Shown piece after piece: positions 13,834 through 26,405 of a DNA stretch of 64,000 nt. The notes under the pieces were generated by a model. The model saw only the letters and a program-made list of their open reading frames with translations, was not told the DNA's origin and ran no database searches. Each line of letters opens with the position of its first letter. Position 1 is the stretch's first letter. The translations under genes and the position numbers were made by a program. The stretch comes from Paramecium tetraurelia (Eukaryota): assembly GCA_000165425.1 (NCBI GenBank), contig CT867994.1, forward strand, positions 62,001 to 126,000, read 5' to 3'.

Positions 13834-15603
13834 ATGTTTAGCAGTGAAAGTATGTAAGAGCATATTTTGTATGACAAAATCTATTAATACCTATGGGTTA
13901 AATCGGAAACTGCCAACCCTCCTGCCATTCTCATTCCTGACACTGTCATTCTTATTCGTTCTATGCCAATCTATTGGTATTACACAGACAAAGAAACTGG
14001 AGAAATCAAAAAGAAGATGAGAAAGAATGTCACCAAACAAAATATCAAGCAAACTTGGAATCAGCAAGTGGGCAGAGGTGGTGTTGTAGCATACCTTTTA
14101 CATTTTATGTATGCGTTGTTCCCTACTAATTTGCAAGTGATAACTTAGATCTCAATTACCCTCCAGAAAAGCTTCAAATCAGTGGCTAAATCCAAGTGAT
14201 ATACTTTGATGTTGAAGGATTCAATAAATTTATGGATGGGCACTTTGAATTGCCATTTGGTATTCTATAACAATTCATCGAACCAGCCGATGATCGCAAT
14301 TGTAAGCTAACAAATCATTATTTCATAGCCCAAATCCAAGCCTTCTGGAGTAAATCAGTCACTCTCTTCACCAAAAGAGTGTGCAAGAAATCTTTCACCA
14401 ATAAGTCCATGAACATCTACGAACGACATTGTACTTTCGAAGGACCTGAGTATTTCAGTGAAGCAAGTATCATTATCTCCTTCATAGTTCACTCAAGCTT
14501 AGGTGAAAGATTTCTAATCCCAAAGAATCTCTGAACAAATCGATAAAATGATCTCTCATCTAGATGCCATCTCCTATGGCAAACTGAATATTTCGCAAGG
14601 AACTTTCTATTTCAAAGTAGATAAAAAAGCTAGGTGCTGGTTCCTCTTTTGCGGTAATCTCAAATTTGAAGACGACAAACAACTTAAGAATCTACCCAAA
14701 GACCTATATACCTAGTCTCAAATCAAAGTATAATTCAATCCCATCATTAAAAGATTCCTAAATCAATTGATAATTTGATGTCAGTCTACAATTCAAGACC
14801 TCTGCAATTGAATAGGGAGCACAAATGTATCAGATGTGGTCAATTGGAAAAGGGATCAAACTTCGTGGAAGTCCCCTATCATTTCTTGATCGATTTACCT
14901 GAAAGTCCACTCCCTGTCGAACAGTGGCCTCTCGAAGTTAAGAAACAAGCCAAACAAGTCAAACTCAGTGGAGCCAACCAAGAAAAGGTGGCATATGTCA
15001 ACACAGTCTCTTAAATCCCCTTGACCTTTCAGAAAATACATGAACAATTAAACATCCAAAACTACAAAGAGTTCAAACAGTCTCAAGGATTCAAGTATAA
15101 AACAATAGCAGTTTGCTTAGATTGCTACTTCATCATGGGTATACAGATATGCACTATCTCTAGTTGAAAACCAAGAAAAAATTGCCATGCAAGAAGTCAC
15201 GAATAAAGAGAAGAGCAGTATGCCAAGAGTGAAATCTAAGCAATTTCAAAGAAAAGAACAGAGTCTTAATCAATTTCTCAACTCAACTCAATTGAGCAAA
15301 CAGATAAAATCTGTGAAGAACTTATAAATGAAGTAGGTGTGTTCAGAGACACCCACTCCTAAACAAAATACCATTCAAAAGTACGTTAGTCTTAGATTGA
15401 CTAATTGCAAATCAATCACTCCCATTAAATATTCTATTGAAGTGCCTTCTACGGCTGATTACTTGTCGAGGAAGACCAAATCTACATACTAAGATATGAG
15501 TTCGACCTACAAATTCAAGAATAGCAGGGATAACTACAATCAGTCATTGCAAGAAAGACAACAAAATAGATTGATAGAAATAAAAGATGAATAAGAATAA
15601 TGA
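13834..15603 (+). CDS. Uncharacterised protein, possible ATP-grasp-like core and split Zn-binding Cys pairs
   Basis: Multi-exon code-6 ORF with ILIPDTVIL, GILQQFIEP, QIQAFWS, CIRCG and VCLDCY; TGA at 15601-15603. Confidence 0.7.
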
Positions 15604-15639
15604 TATTTAATTTAGTGACTGTTATTTTATTAAAAAGGA

Positions 15640-16221
15640 ATGTTTATTTAAGCTTCCATTCCCAGAACTCGTTTCGCCATCACTCCAACCAATGTGAGGT
15701 ATGTTTGCTTGGATTCGACTCCCAACAGGTAGAAGTTAGATATGACACAAAGAATAGATGACAAATTACCAATAAGATAACCAAATGATCGTCCTCAGAT
15801 TCTCGTCAATTAGCACAAGGAGAATCTTACCAGGATTCCTGGCAATTCATTTTCCCTTAGTTCATCTTCAAAGGAACTCTAAATATAAATCCAAGAACTG
15901 ACCAAATAAAGAGACAGCATGCAATACACACTTTAAGAGGCTATTCGAAAAAGCAATCTTATGGAATAATAATTAGATGTACTCGATTCAATATTATACT
16001 AGCAATTGCAAAGCTAGAAAATTGAGCAGGCCATACAATTCTAAGTCAATATGGATCAATTTCAAGACCAAATTAATATTTTGACAAAGAAGTTGCAAGA
16101 CCTCATCAATGACAACAACTATCTGCAGGAACAGTACTAGAGCCAGTAGTTTTACATTGAGGAATTAGGATTCCAAGAAAACGACCAATTTAATATTACT
16201 CATAACTTTGGATAAATGTGA
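15640..16221 (+). CDS. Hypothetical coiled-coil protein
   Basis: ATG 15640 to TGA 16219-16221, open in code 6 (582 nt); Gln/Glu/Leu heptad-rich C-terminal half. Confidence 0.7.
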
Positions 16222-16256
16222 ATAGTAATTATTAGTTATATTTAATTTATTAATTA

Positions 16257-18803
16257 ATGTTTTCACAGTAATTAGATTAATCAAACTCTCAAAATTCTTC
16301 ATAATAATCATAGACCTTTTTGACAGTTCCTCGTCTCATTCAATAGGAATCTCCAGCTTATCTTATTGGAGCCCATAAATAAATAGATTTCGAAGATCCC
16401 AATTCATTGTAAAAAAGCGAACATAGGGAAAGTCTTGAAGAAGGCGATATTTTAGGATCGAAAATCTCCATCGAGAAACGTGAAATCAATAGGATTGATG
16501 AAGTCGAATAAAATTATAAATCATTAAAACTATTTCAAATCGAAATGTAAAATGTCAGCGGCAGGAAGCTCATGATAAATACCAGAAAAATTAGTGATCA
16601 AAGTGAAATTGGAATTCAAAAGCAAACTGAATAAATCAGAAAACCATCATCACCAACTATTAGAATCCAAGAGTGTCCCTTATATGAATAATTTACTGTG
16701 GCTAAATGGCCTAAAAGATGGTTCTACATCATTAAGTTTTTAAGTAAGTTGATGTCCGTTTAACCAAAAATCCTTAAACAATCTCATTTAATGCTAATTG
16801 ATGATAAGGCTTTTGTCATAAATCATAAGATATTTCTTTTTAACCCATTTTCTCCATTCATCGTTTGGAGTCGCTATATTATTCTAATATTATACATCTT
16901 GGGATTTGCACTTGTCTACTTAGAATTCGCTTTTGCTGCGACCAATAGTATCTTTATTATTTTTTGTATATTTATAATTTAATCAAGTTGGATTCACAAT
17001 TATAGAAACGCTGAGCAATTACTTTATAGGAGTTTACATCCAAGAACTTTACACAGAAAATAGATGGCAAATAGCAAAGTAATATTTAATCTATGACATT
17101 TTTCATATCATAATTTGTCTTCTTACACTCTTTTACTCATAATATTTCAGTAACTTTATTATTTATACTAGTCATATTTCTATTACTTAGAATATAAAGG
17201 TTATATGTTATTAAAACTAATATTTTGAATTACACGATTCCAATTTTGATAATACATGTAATTACAACGATTCATACAAAGTTCTTTGAAGATTAGTAAA
17301 TTTTAATAGATAATTAGATTCTTAGATGATAACTATCTATCTAAATATATAATTTCCTTACAATGGACAATATATTAGATCACAAATAGTGGCAATACCA
17401 TTGAAATTGAAGGTTCTGATTAGTCAATACAATTATAGATTTTATCTATTTTAACTACCATTTTTGGTTACCTTATTACAATCTATTTGATAACAAATGT
17501 GATTAATTTTGGAAAACAGTCTCATAAATACAAAGTGAGTGCTGAACTGAATGAGAATGTATAAAGATATCTTCATCGAGATAAAATTGAATTAATCAAC
17601 ATTCATGAATTCTAACAAGAATTGAAACAAGAACTACGAGAAGAACTCTTCATGCCATTATTGAATAAATTACCTTTTTCTAAATAATTTTTATAAAATC
17701 TATGTTAGAAACTCAAAAGTGATGTTTATTCAAATGGAACAATTTTGTAAATGTAAAATCAAATGATGGATAGATTAATATTTCTAATGAAAGGGAATGT
17801 GGCTTAATGTATAGGTAATAAAGTATTAGCCAATAATTAAATACCAATTCAATATTTTTATTGCCAGATGTAATGTCCAATTCAATTAAAATGTTTGAGT
17901 GAATCCTTGATAGCATACATAGATTTAAATGAATTTTTACAGTTGATTAAATTGTTTAATTCTGATTTTCAAAAGTATTGCATGTTGAAAGATAACTACA
18001 AGATTGCTTGTCATTGTTGTGGCTATAGAAATCACACTTTCCATCGATGCAATCACGTATTTTATGTACCAAATTTTAAAGAACTCATACTGTTAAACAA
18101 CACTTCTGAACCCAATAATAGAATGGGTTTTTGTAGAGACAATGGTAGAAATAGGATTAATGCTCTGATGAACAAAAATCTTATTTGTATCACCGCGATT
18201 AGTTTTGCCATAATCAATTAGATAGCTTTGGAAGTTGATTTAACAAATGAAGTAATGGGAAGATTCCAAGGAACTCTAAATAATTTTGAAGATTCTATAT
18301 TGAATGACTATTAGGAGGATAAGTCATCTCGGTAGTCAATGTAATAGAAAATTGGAACTTTTGATGTTCATAAAAGCTATAATTAGGGAGATAGTTATAG
18401 CAGTCAGACTTACTTTTAGAGCAGCATTCCAGTTTTGAAAGTGGAGGAGAGGGAAGCATCTCAGAATAGTCGGAGATATATACATAAACATGTGGATTAT
18501 AGTGCTACAAATAATTCGATTAAGGCGAATTTGGTTAAGTCATCGAATTCAAATGAATTGTAGGTCAAGCGAACTCAGAAGGTTAAAAAATCGAATTCAA
18601 GTTGTTCTTTAAACAAGAAATCGGGATTGGGAGGGTCAGGAATATCTTAAGTAGGTTCAATAATTCCATAATAGGATGTTTATGAGGACGATTTGGATCA
18701 AGTGTGCAATTATGAGTATTATTATCCTTCATATAATATCGAATATATAGCAAATGCTTTAAATCATAAATTAATGAGCAAATACCTGCAGTTTGTCAAT
18801 TGA
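16257..18803 (+). CDS. Cation-channel-like protein (EAG/CNG-like architecture) with CCHC knuckle
   Basis: LIDDKAF...FNPFSPFIVWSRY, TM helices, pore-helix-like YIISLQWTILLITNSG, C-linker (LNENVQRYL, LKQELREEL), CHCCGYRNHTFHRC at 18009-18050; TGA at 18801-18803. Confidence 0.75.
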
Positions 18804-18842
18804 TTATATAAATGTACTTTAACAGAAAATATAAATAATCAT

Positions 18843-19857
18843 ATGATTACAAAATTAAAACAATTGATTCAAGATAACACTGCTGGATAGACAAATAACC
18901 CAGTTCTGACAGCTTTGCGAGACTTGAAATTGAACAGCAATGACACTCAATTTACATAATAAGCAGAGATAAGCAAGAGATTAAAACATTTTTTTGCCAA
19001 TTAGCAATCAAAAGTAAATGAATAAACACTATGCAATAGACTTAGTTCTTAAAATAATTATTGGTAGTAGTGGGAGACTAATTGCAATAAGAGAACAATT
19101 TCTGGATTAAGTTAAAAATGCTTTTGTTAGTTCATATTATCATTAGTTCTTAAGTGGCTAGAGCTGAATTCTCAAAGATGATTATCAACACACGACTTAG
19201 CATAAACATCAAGAGTAAGGTTGACGTCGATAATGTATATGGCTAATTATGCCAATCCTATTATTGTTATATTTACAAATTGGCTGCTTAAACAACTTTA
19301 ATCAACGAAGAATTCAATAAACCTTAAGATGATCTAATGATCTACTTTACATTGTCGAATTAATGCTACATCGGGATGAATATGCAATCAGTGATTGAGA
19401 AAATCAATCAAGATCATGAACCCAATCCTGTGATGGCTCATTTAGTTAAGTTCTTATATTTTGACATTCAGGATATTTATATTTTTATACTTAAAGATGT
19501 TAAGTATCTAATCGAAAAGAATCCCACTCTGATAGGCAACAGACAACAACTATTAGAGTTGTATAAGGAAGTAAAATAAAACTACAAAATTAGTGCCAAT
19601 CCTTGTAATCCAAAATGCTGAGTTTTTACAAATTCAATAGATTCTTTCCTCATTTCAATCAGATCATGCCTCCCCATTCCATTCAGATCAAAGCCTCGGT
19701 TCTAAACGCAACTGTTGAAGAGAAACCTCTCATTAAACAGCCTTCTATCAAATCAGGCCCACACGAGGTCAGAGAACCGCTGTCTGTCAAAAATTCAGAT
19801 AGGAAATTTCAGGAATATAACAGACCCTTCTCCCCTAAATAGAAGATGAATTAATGA
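18843..19857 (+). CDS. Hypothetical helical protein, possibly ANTH/ENTH-like
   Basis: Multi-exon code-6 ORF, helical N-terminal ~270 aa and a Pro/Ser/Lys-rich tail. The family assignment is a weak visual resemblance only. Confidence 0.55.
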
Positions 19858-19893
19858 TCTTAAATTGCAATTTTAAAATACTCAAATTCCCTC

Positions 19894-20793
19894 ATGAATT
19901 AAAATAATTAATAACTAGTTCACTTATATCAACTATGGCCATCGAACAATAGATTCTTTTGTCGTGGTCGTTTGATGACTGGACCAAGTTCAGACAATAC
20001 CACCAATTTGATTACATGGTTATTGATACTCCTCATCGGTGCTCCATTTAATTTCTACATCTCCCCTCAGATTTGGATTGTCCTGCATCCCTCTCTACCA
20101 ATCATCTCATATGTCATGTACCTCAGCTGCGTGTTTTTCCTCTGCTTAACTTAGTTTACCGATCCAGTAACAACCACTTTCTATATTTAGGGTATCATAC
20201 CTAGGAAGGAAATCATTGAGAAAATGAAGGATGAGAATCTATTGCGACTCATACCAACTGAAGCTGATAATGCCGATTATCAAGTTAGAATTTGTGTCAC
20301 CTGTATGATTAAGAGGCCTCCTCGTTCAAATCATTGTGCAGAATGTGATAATTGTGTAGATGTATTTGATCATCATTGTCCGTTCGTTAACAATTGCATC
20401 GGAAAACGTAATTATGCATACTTCATTTCCTTCATATCGACACTTACTATGGCTGCCATTTCCTTTGGAATTGAATTCTTATCCTTCGTTATACTTATTG
20501 CTACAACTGATGAAAAAGTTCAGCAAATATTGATCATTGTTCTCATGATACCTTTTGGAATTTGCACGCTCCTAGTATTTGGGCTGCTTGTATTTCATAT
20601 CTTTCTCATGATCACTGGGAAAACTACTAAGGAACAACTCAAAAATTTGGAAAAAAAGAGTTCTACCAGTAGAAAATGCGAAAGAACCTAGAGTCTATTC
20701 AATTGTAGAACTATTGTCGAGAAATAATAATTTGATCAAATTAGATATGATTAAGATTTAATTAAAATCAACCCCATAGTCATTCCAGCTTGA
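19894..20793 (+). CDS. DHHC palmitoyl acyltransferase (Erf2/ZDHHC9-14-18 type)
   Basis: [75 protein letters not shown]. Confidence 0.95.
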
Positions 20794-21649
20794 TTATAAC
20801 TAATTATATATCTATCACATTCATATTATACTTTAATTATTCCAAATTCTGAAAATTAATGCTCATCATCAAATTAAAAAAATTAATTATTCTTTCTAAT
20901 TAGACGAAGTTATCACAAATTAGCATATCAACATTTTATCTATTGTTTTATTAATCTATTTGAATAAAACACAAAATAAGATAATTTATGATTAATATTT
21001 CATGATATATTGAATAATACTATTGAGCTTTTATTTTATTCTCTTCTATTAATTAGCAATATAATATATCTACTTATTAATTATTATAGAATGGCTTCTG
21101 ATTATTTCTAGATACTACAAGTTTATATGGTTAAAATAAAGCAGACTTAAAATGAATCATAAGAGCTTATTACATTTTATGTTATTAATATACTTCCTAC
21201 CATAAATGAATCCTTCATATTTATTTTATCTATTATAATAAATCATATTTTTAGTAAATTGCAGTGAATCATATCTTTACATAAGTTATTCATTTGAATT
21301 TAGCAAAAATATCTGATAACTTACTTTATTACATTCCAGTAATCTAGTATTCCTAAGATTAGGGTGAATTGCTTAACAAAAATGAATTTGTTAAACTCAT
21401 AATAGACAATAATTTGATTATCCAAAAGCAGTAAAAATATTTCAAATAAATAATCGAAATTTTGATAAAAAAATCCAAAGAGAAAGTTTTATCTTTCATT
21501 CAAGATTCAAACTATGAAACTTTAGTAAAAATTGCATTACTAACTAAAATAAATTAATTAGAATTATCACTTATAAAAATGAGATTATACTATTATATGA
21601 TTTTGAAAAAAAATCGTGTGTTTGTTCAATCATTAATATCATATTTTTA

Positions 21650-23046
21650 ATGCAATATTTACACCTTTTATTGGTGGCAATAGCTTGTAAGGAAATCTAA
21701 AATAAGAATTAATAATTCTTAACAGATGATGGATATGAAGATGATGATGATGACAATACAGTATCAATTTTCTTTCTCTTTGTTTTTGGGTTTTTTCTGA
21801 TAATTTTCTCAGCAGCTTTATTATGGTACAATGAAAGAAGGGAAGCAATAACCGAATATCGATTAGTCAATATGAGAGATATATGTAAACTTGGAGATTG
21901 TAATGAAATCAATCATTAATTGAATGGAGAACTAGTTCATATGCAAGGTAAAAGAATTGAGAATTTTGAATAGGACAAACAACTACAGATGTAATCATTG
22001 AAGATACTGAATTTGGAATAACTTTATCCTCTTGCATTAAATTAAAACGGCATGTTGAATAGCTTCAATTTGTCAGAATTGAGCATAAGCATAAAAAAAG
22101 TGCTACAACATATACATATGAATTAAAATGGAAGCCTGATATGGTGTGCAGCGCTGGATATCCCTCTGAATATTAAAATAAACCGTAGTTGTGGATAGTC
22201 AAATCTTAGGATTAACTAAATCCAGATGTACGTTTAGGAGCATTCACCTTATCTTAATCATTAAAGTAAGGGTGTTAGAACTTTTAATTTTTGGTTCCTG
22301 ATGATGCTTAATTATAAGCTGCAGCAAAATTATGTGGAAAAGAATTTCCTCATATGTATTTCTTTAATTTTAATAACCTAGAACAATTAATGAGCGTGAT
22401 CTTTATTTATAACAACATCCTTATCAAAAAACTGTCGGAGACTTAAGAGTTTGCTTTGAATATGTCTTATGTGGTAACGCAACAGTTGTTTCAAAATAAA
22501 TGAATAATACTTTTATTCCATTTGTAATATAAGATAAATGGCTATCTGAAAAGAGTGTCCATCCAGACGAAATGGATGAAGATGAGGGATGCTGTGGAGA
22601 TTGTTGTTAAAAGGTGGCTGAATTAGCAAAGGCAGCTGAAGAACCTTTAAAATAAATTGATTGGATAAGAGAAAAATAATGGTCTATGAAGAAGGTTTTC
22701 CTAATGGAACTTAGTAAAAATGCTGCTTTAACATATAAAACAAGATTCTTAGGCTATGTATTGATGGTATTCAATTATTTTAATAAACAAGGTAACGGGA
22801 CTACTATTCATGTTTTACCCAGTGATTTGGTTATTTTCACTATTGCCCTGGATTGGTCAGTTCACAGCCGCATTATTGTTTTTTATTTTCCTGGGAGTGA
22901 GCATGGTGATATCCTTACCAATTTGTTTACTTATTGCCCTGGTTGCTTGGATGAGATACCACATTATCTACACGATAATCAACTTCTTTGGACTAATACT
23001 AGTATTATACATAGTGTCCATGTTTGCTGGTGGCATTTATTATTGA
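21650..23046 (+). CDS. TMEM43/LUMA-like (DUF1625) membrane protein
   Basis: N-terminal TM ending LLWYNERREA, LNGELVHMQG, CIKLKRHVEQLQ, VGDLRVCF, C-terminal TM cluster (TYKTRFLGYVLM...LPWIG...ALVAWMRYH). Confidence 0.75.
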
Positions 23047-23215
23047 TGAAATTGAAATGAAATCAATAAAATTATTATTAGGTGCTGCTTGATTTATCTA
23101 AATTTCGAGTAGCACTTAAGATATTTTAAAATATCAATAACAATTTATTTAGTTTATATTTATTGATTGACTCAATTATTGATATTTATTTTTTTAATAT
23201 TATATTTTATCTTCA

Positions 23216-26200
23216 ATGGGTATCTGTTCTAATCGACAGAAAGAAAATTTACATACAGACTTTGATAACATTCCTTTGTTAACGAGAGGTGAACTTGGAT
23301 TTGATATAATTGTCGAAAATATAAAAGTAAAAATGGATGATATAGTATAATTTTCATTAATCATTTTAAGTAAAGTTGCAAAGTGAAAGTGATTATTTCG
23401 AATTATTCAACCTTTGAGACTGAAATTGAGACTGAAATTTCAGGATAATTTTATGTAATTTATTGATAAACTTTAGTTTAAACATATTCACAAGGTTTAA
23501 TTGAAAACTACTGAGGAATAACTAAAATAACAATTTGTTATTGTGGAACTTAAGAGTGACAAGGATGAGTAGATTTCATCGTTTAATCTGAACTTGTATT
23601 AGATCGCTACAGGTCCATTTCATTTTGATTACGAATTCTCTTAATAAGGAAATAAAAAACTCGGAAAAGTGAGTTTTGATTTTAGAATGGCACAAATTCT
23701 TATTGTTAGATTTATTCCAAAACTCATTGATTTCAACATGGAGGAACTCTTAAATAAACACGAGTATTGTTTCTAATTGAGGATGCTGACATCACAATTA
23801 CAATTTCATTCTGAATACTCACCTGTCTTTCAAAATCAATTATTCTATAAATCACAATAAATATAATCCAATAAATAAATATTATGGAAAGATTCAAAAG
23901 TTGAAATGGAAGTGGAAGTACCTTTAATTGAAATAACATCTTCCTCTATTCAAATTGCTTTGTGTCATATTACAAAGGATGGCAAAAAAGAAATAGAATG
24001 TGAGGCATACGTTAATTTAAATTACGCATTAAATTAAAAAGCTGAATGCGTAATTATTAACATATATTTTAGATTGTGGATAAGGGCATTAAATGTTATA
24101 AGATAGACTGGAAACAAAACAATAGAAGAGTATGGAACCATGGGGTCTTAGAAGGAGTGCTTAATTATCATCTAGAAATCATTCTGCCATTTCATCTAAA
24201 ATAGCAAATCGTTGGAGTTCGTACTGATAAAGGAGTATCCTAAGGAACTAGAGTGATCAATTAAGCCAAAGCAAGTATAAGGGAGATTCAACAATTAAGT
24301 TCTGCTGGATAAGGTTTATTAGATACTTAATACATTATTTTTAGTAAAGTAAATAAATTATTAATTGTTTTAATAGGCTGAGCCTGACTCAGAATTGATA
24401 CAATAATAGAATGATTTTATCATTCAGATCATTGAAAACTTAAAGTTAAGTCACAAACAATCTATGATCTGTTTTGAATACAAAACTCAATAGGATCTCT
24501 TTAATTCTTAAAAACTATTAATTGATTTAGCAATTAAATTATTGGAAACTGCAGATTAATAATAAGAGCTATTAAGGGAATAATACTATACAATACTTAA
24601 ATTAATATTGAATAGAGGAGAACTCAGTTTGGCTTAGCTAGGATTTTCGGATTAAACACAAAAAACAAATGACAAGTTAATAAAGTTCAAAATGGAAATT
24701 GGTTTAAATTATTAGATCTTTTTATAAAAAGGTTTATCAATAACATTAGAAAAGTTGAAATAAAGGTCATTGGCACAAAATGAAAGATTCTTTGTTGAAA
24801 ACTTCTTAGCAAATGCATATTTTAGAATACCAGAATTAAGAAATACAATAATTGTTAGTGTTTCAAGACCAAATGATGAATAAATTCCAGAATGGAGATC
24901 TTTAACTAAGTCAAGTGGAGGGATTTCTAATTAAGAATTTAATGATATTTTTGATTGGAATAAGCATTTTTATGAGTATCTAATGAAAGAACCTAAATAT
25001 TATGGCAATAATCATAAAATGAATGAAATTATCAATTAACCATTGTGGTAAAAACAATTAGGAAAAAGAGGAAGCGTTTTCTTTTTATTTATAAAAGAAT
25101 GGTGTGATTTGTTAAATACTTATATAGTTAATAGTAAAAATGTTCCATATCACTAATTACCTGGATATTTTCAACTGATAAAGGCATTTTTCTCAGAATT
25201 AAAGTCAAGAGAAATATGCAATTACCCAGAAGCACTTAAAATAGCTTTATGTTCTTTGCTTAAAAACACCAATTTGTTAAATACAATAATAATAATCTTA
25301 TTCAACAAAGTTAGTTTATACAACTCTGATGATGTAATTCATTGTTTAGATCTATTAAATAAATGTTTTTAAAAGATAAGCCAATTCAACTTATGTATGC
25401 CATCATTCTTGGATCAAAAATACTTTTTAAATGGAATTAAAGTTATCCTTACTTAGTGTGAGCACGCATAAAGCATAGCAAAATGCTTAGAATTGATCTA
25501 CACCAACTACATATTATTTCCAGGTATATTTTAATCAAAAATATCTTTAGTGGATCTCAAGAAAGAATTAACTGACATGATATTTGAAAACCTAGCAATC
25601 AAATTTTTCATTCATTGGTCTTATAACGTCAGATTAATATTTCGTTAGTTTTTGATTTATCGCATATTTCATTTGCATAAGCCTCTTAAAGATAGAGAAT
25701 TAAATGAAGAGTATAAAATTAAGTTATTTTAGAGATCTAATTGAAAAATATTAAGAGTAATTGAAACCAAAGAAATAACACAGTTATTTTGACTAAAGAA
25801 ACTCTTCCAAATAGATTATAGTATATATTATAATTAAACTAATAGTCTTAATATATTTACTTAAAGTACATTAGATTTATGTAACAAATAGAAGAAGGCA
25901 AACATTTATCCAAATTTAAATCAAGTCATTTTATATTGGTCACTCTTAATAGAGTTGAAGAACTAAAATACAAGCTTAAGAAGCTGTAGTCAAAAGTTTA
26001 GAATAGATAAAAAGATGATAGTTTTGTTTAACATTCTTTTAAAATTATCTCTAATGATTAACTTGATGATACAGCATTACCAATTCAAACAATAGAACAA
26101 AACTCAGAAAAACCTGTTTTCAATAAGGGGAGGTTGCCTTTATAAAAAATTACATTGACTGAAACTTAATTAAAATACTTGATTTAAGCCTGCTCAGAAT

Positions 26201-26402
26201 ATGATGATTCCATCCTATAATATTAAAAATGGAGATAAACTAACATTCCTGATAACTATAATACTTTAACAGAAGAACGTAAGTTATATTATAATCTTTA
26301 GAAATATTAACTGTAATCGAATCTTTCGTCGTACCTGTTGTGAGAATTCTAGAAATTTAAGATTAAAATGAAGGAAATCTTATACAGAGAGATGACTGGT
26401 GA
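23216..26402 (+). CDS. N-acylated protein with C2-like region and DUF1765-like helical C-terminus
   Basis: Starts MGICS; beta-rich C2-like segments (LNLYQIATGPFHFDYE, GKVSFD); helical region with FLANAYFRIPELR and FFIHWSYNVRLIF; multiple introns; TGA at 26400-26402. Confidence 0.7.
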
Positions 26403-26405
26403 TAT

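Noticed and set aside
15699..15728. 30-nt GT..AG segment as an intron in the 15640 gene
   Set aside because: It is relatively GC-rich, in frame and stop-free, so more simply read as coding.
20794..21649. Gene or ncRNA in the 850-bp gap before the TMEM43-like gene
   Set aside because: No sustained code-6 frame or convincing secondary structure was seen.
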